Positions 30,295 to 32,031 of a DNA stretch of 32,031 nt are shown piece by piece. How positions within the stretch are numbered: position 1 is the first letter of the stretch; every line of letters starts with the position of its first letter. The notes beneath the pieces are model-generated. The model saw nothing but the letters and a program-made list of their open reading frames with translations. It had not been told where the DNA came from and ran no database searches. A program made the position numbers and the translations under genes. Source of the stretch: Mitosporidium daphniae (Eukaryota); contig NW_013546267.1 in NCBI RefSeq assembly GCF_000760515.2, positions 1 to 32,031 of the forward strand, read 5' to 3'.

Positions 30295-31780
30295 ATGGAA
30301 GTTTTGAATTCCCCACAGATACAGCCCCAAATCGCAATTGTTGGGGCTGGAATTGCCGGTTTAGCCACAGGCATTGCACTCCATCAAAAAGGATTTAGGA
30401 ATGTTGTCATATACGAACGAGATGCTGTATTTAGCGACCGACGACAGGGATATGGATTGACGCTCATGCAGGGGCTTTCTGCATTACGCCGTCTCAATCT
30501 TTATGAGCGCGTTCGGCAGGAATTGGATGCACCTGCTCTAGCCCATTATACATTCCATGGCCCTTCAGGTAGCCTACTTGGGGTTTTTGGAACTGTATTT
30601 TGGAGCGATGACTCTTCTAATCCATCGTCCGTTATTTCAAACAAAAGGAATCTGCATGTATCAAGACAGGCGTTACGCGAATTGCTGCTACAGGAATATT
30701 TGCGACTATTTCCGGCGAATTCTTCATTAAAGTGGAATTCAAAGCTGCTTTCGATGGAGACCACCAATTGCGCTCCACCGTTTACTTTATCGTTTGCAGA
30801 CGGCACTGAATCGACCGCAGATATCCTAATAGGTGCTGATGGAATTAATTCTGCCGTTAGAAAGCTTGCATACGATTGCTCTCCCTCGGAGTAACTCGCC
30901 TTTAAGTGTTGTAATTGCTAGGTATTTGGGTGTGGTTGTTGTTTTGGGAATATCATTTCTCCAAAATGGATGTTTTGGTTCGGATAACACCATATTCGAG
31001 TCTGTCGATGGCAAATTCAGGTTTTACGCCATGCCACATAGGGAACCCAGAAATTTTGACCACGAAGGCAATCAAAAATCCTACATGTGGCAATTGTCAT
31101 TTTTGGTTGCTGAAGAATCGGAAGCTATTGAATTTGGAAAAATAAGCGGCCATGCTTCGCTTTTGAAGTTCGTTATGAACAACCTTGGGCAATGGCACTG
31201 TCCAATTCCTGACCTGATATCAAATACCCCTCTTTCCCTTTTGATTGCCATGCCAATATATGACCAGGGTGTCTATACTTGCATTCCGCAATGCTTAAAG
31301 GAGGGTATCTGGCTGATAGGGGATGCAGCACATCCGATGAGTCCATTTAAAGGTCAGGGTGCCAATCAAGCACTGATTGACAGTGTTGAAATTGCCGATT
31401 TGCTTGCAAAACACTATTTAAGGATTGATAAAAGTCAATCTAATGTGCATTTGGTCAGCGAATGGTGTTTTCCCTCACATTGGTCGCAAAATGGCTTGCT
31501 TTTACAGGAAGACATGGAGATATTCTATCAAAAGATGTTAGATCGCGTGGCTCCAAAAATTTTGAAATCCAGAGAACGTATTAAGCGTTACCACTCTGAA
31601 TCTGAAGCGTTGGCTGTGCAGTCCTATTGCTATGGGGACTATGTGACACTTACCTTTGTAGCTCATCTAAATGCGCTCTCGCTTAATGGAACTTTTTTGC
31701 CAAAAAAGGACGAGCCTCTTTATGAGGCAATTAAAAAGGAGCTTCATCTTTGGATCAACAAGTCCGGAGCTTCTTCATGA
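30295..31780 (+). CDS. FAD-dependent monooxygenase (class A flavoprotein, UbiH/TetX/ZEP-like), 2 exons
   Basis: IAIVGAGIAG, YERD....R.QGYGLTL, ADILIGADGINS.VR, LIGDAAHPMSPFKGQGANQAL.D. The 31-nt intron 30891-30921 restores the frame (PSE|YLGVVVVLGI). Confidence 0.92.
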
Positions 31781-32031
31781 CCCCATTTTGTTAGTAAATT
31801 GTTAATTATTGAAGGATGTTGTGAAAATAATTACAAACATGATGCCCCCTCCCTCTCTCCCATTGGGCATGATTGGCATCATTGTTCGAATGATATACCT
31901 TTCTATGTTCGCCTGAGGCCATTGTGTTTGACGCCTTGTTAATACTCAATGAATAATGCCATCATTAACCACACGTGATGGAAACTTTCATTGGCATATC
32001 AACACTTGCATTTAGCCTTGTCTAAGCTCAT

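Noticed and set aside
125..31780. Alternative genetic code or stop read-through as an explanation of split ORFs
   Set aside because: Every interruption is resolved by a GT-AG intron, and TAA, TAG and TGA all terminate genes.
125..31780. Functional gene cluster or operon
   Set aside because: Neighbouring genes are unrelated housekeeping functions in mixed orientation, with no pathway coherence.

Overview
Eukaryotic, extremely compact, fungal-like DNA, not prokaryotic. I infer a Rozellomycota or short-branch microsporidian-type parasite from the fungal Zn2Cys6 factor, NoxR, tafazzin, tiny GT-AG introns and near-zero gene spacing. I reconstruct 18 protein-coding genes: CtIP/Sae2, a Zn2Cys6 TF, NoxR/p67phox, a GLUT-type sugar porter, GCN1, an Rco1-like double-PHD protein, a REEP1-4-type protein, RPP2, an unknown membrane protein, tafazzin, a secreted Cys/Ser/Thr-rich repeat protein, cytosolic LeuRS, a Bub1-like pseudokinase, biotin-protein ligase, Nem1/CTDNEP1, TAF8, SUMO and an FAD monooxygenase. 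There are 24 supported coding-region introns; 21 are 23-37 nt and three are 54, 83 and 116 nt. Most notable observations: a strictly 10-bp-phased GATAT array in a ~150-bp core between divergent promoters, with motifs shared at another divergent promoter; a 54-nt intron that parses as two back-to-back tiny introns (possible recursive splicing); a long structured 5'-UTR intron in RPP2; a Bub1 homologue lacking both KEN boxes and kinase catalytic residues; and in-frame stops in nearly all 3n introns. No tRNA, rRNA, CRISPR or mobile element was supportable. All family assignments come from motif recognition, not database searches.
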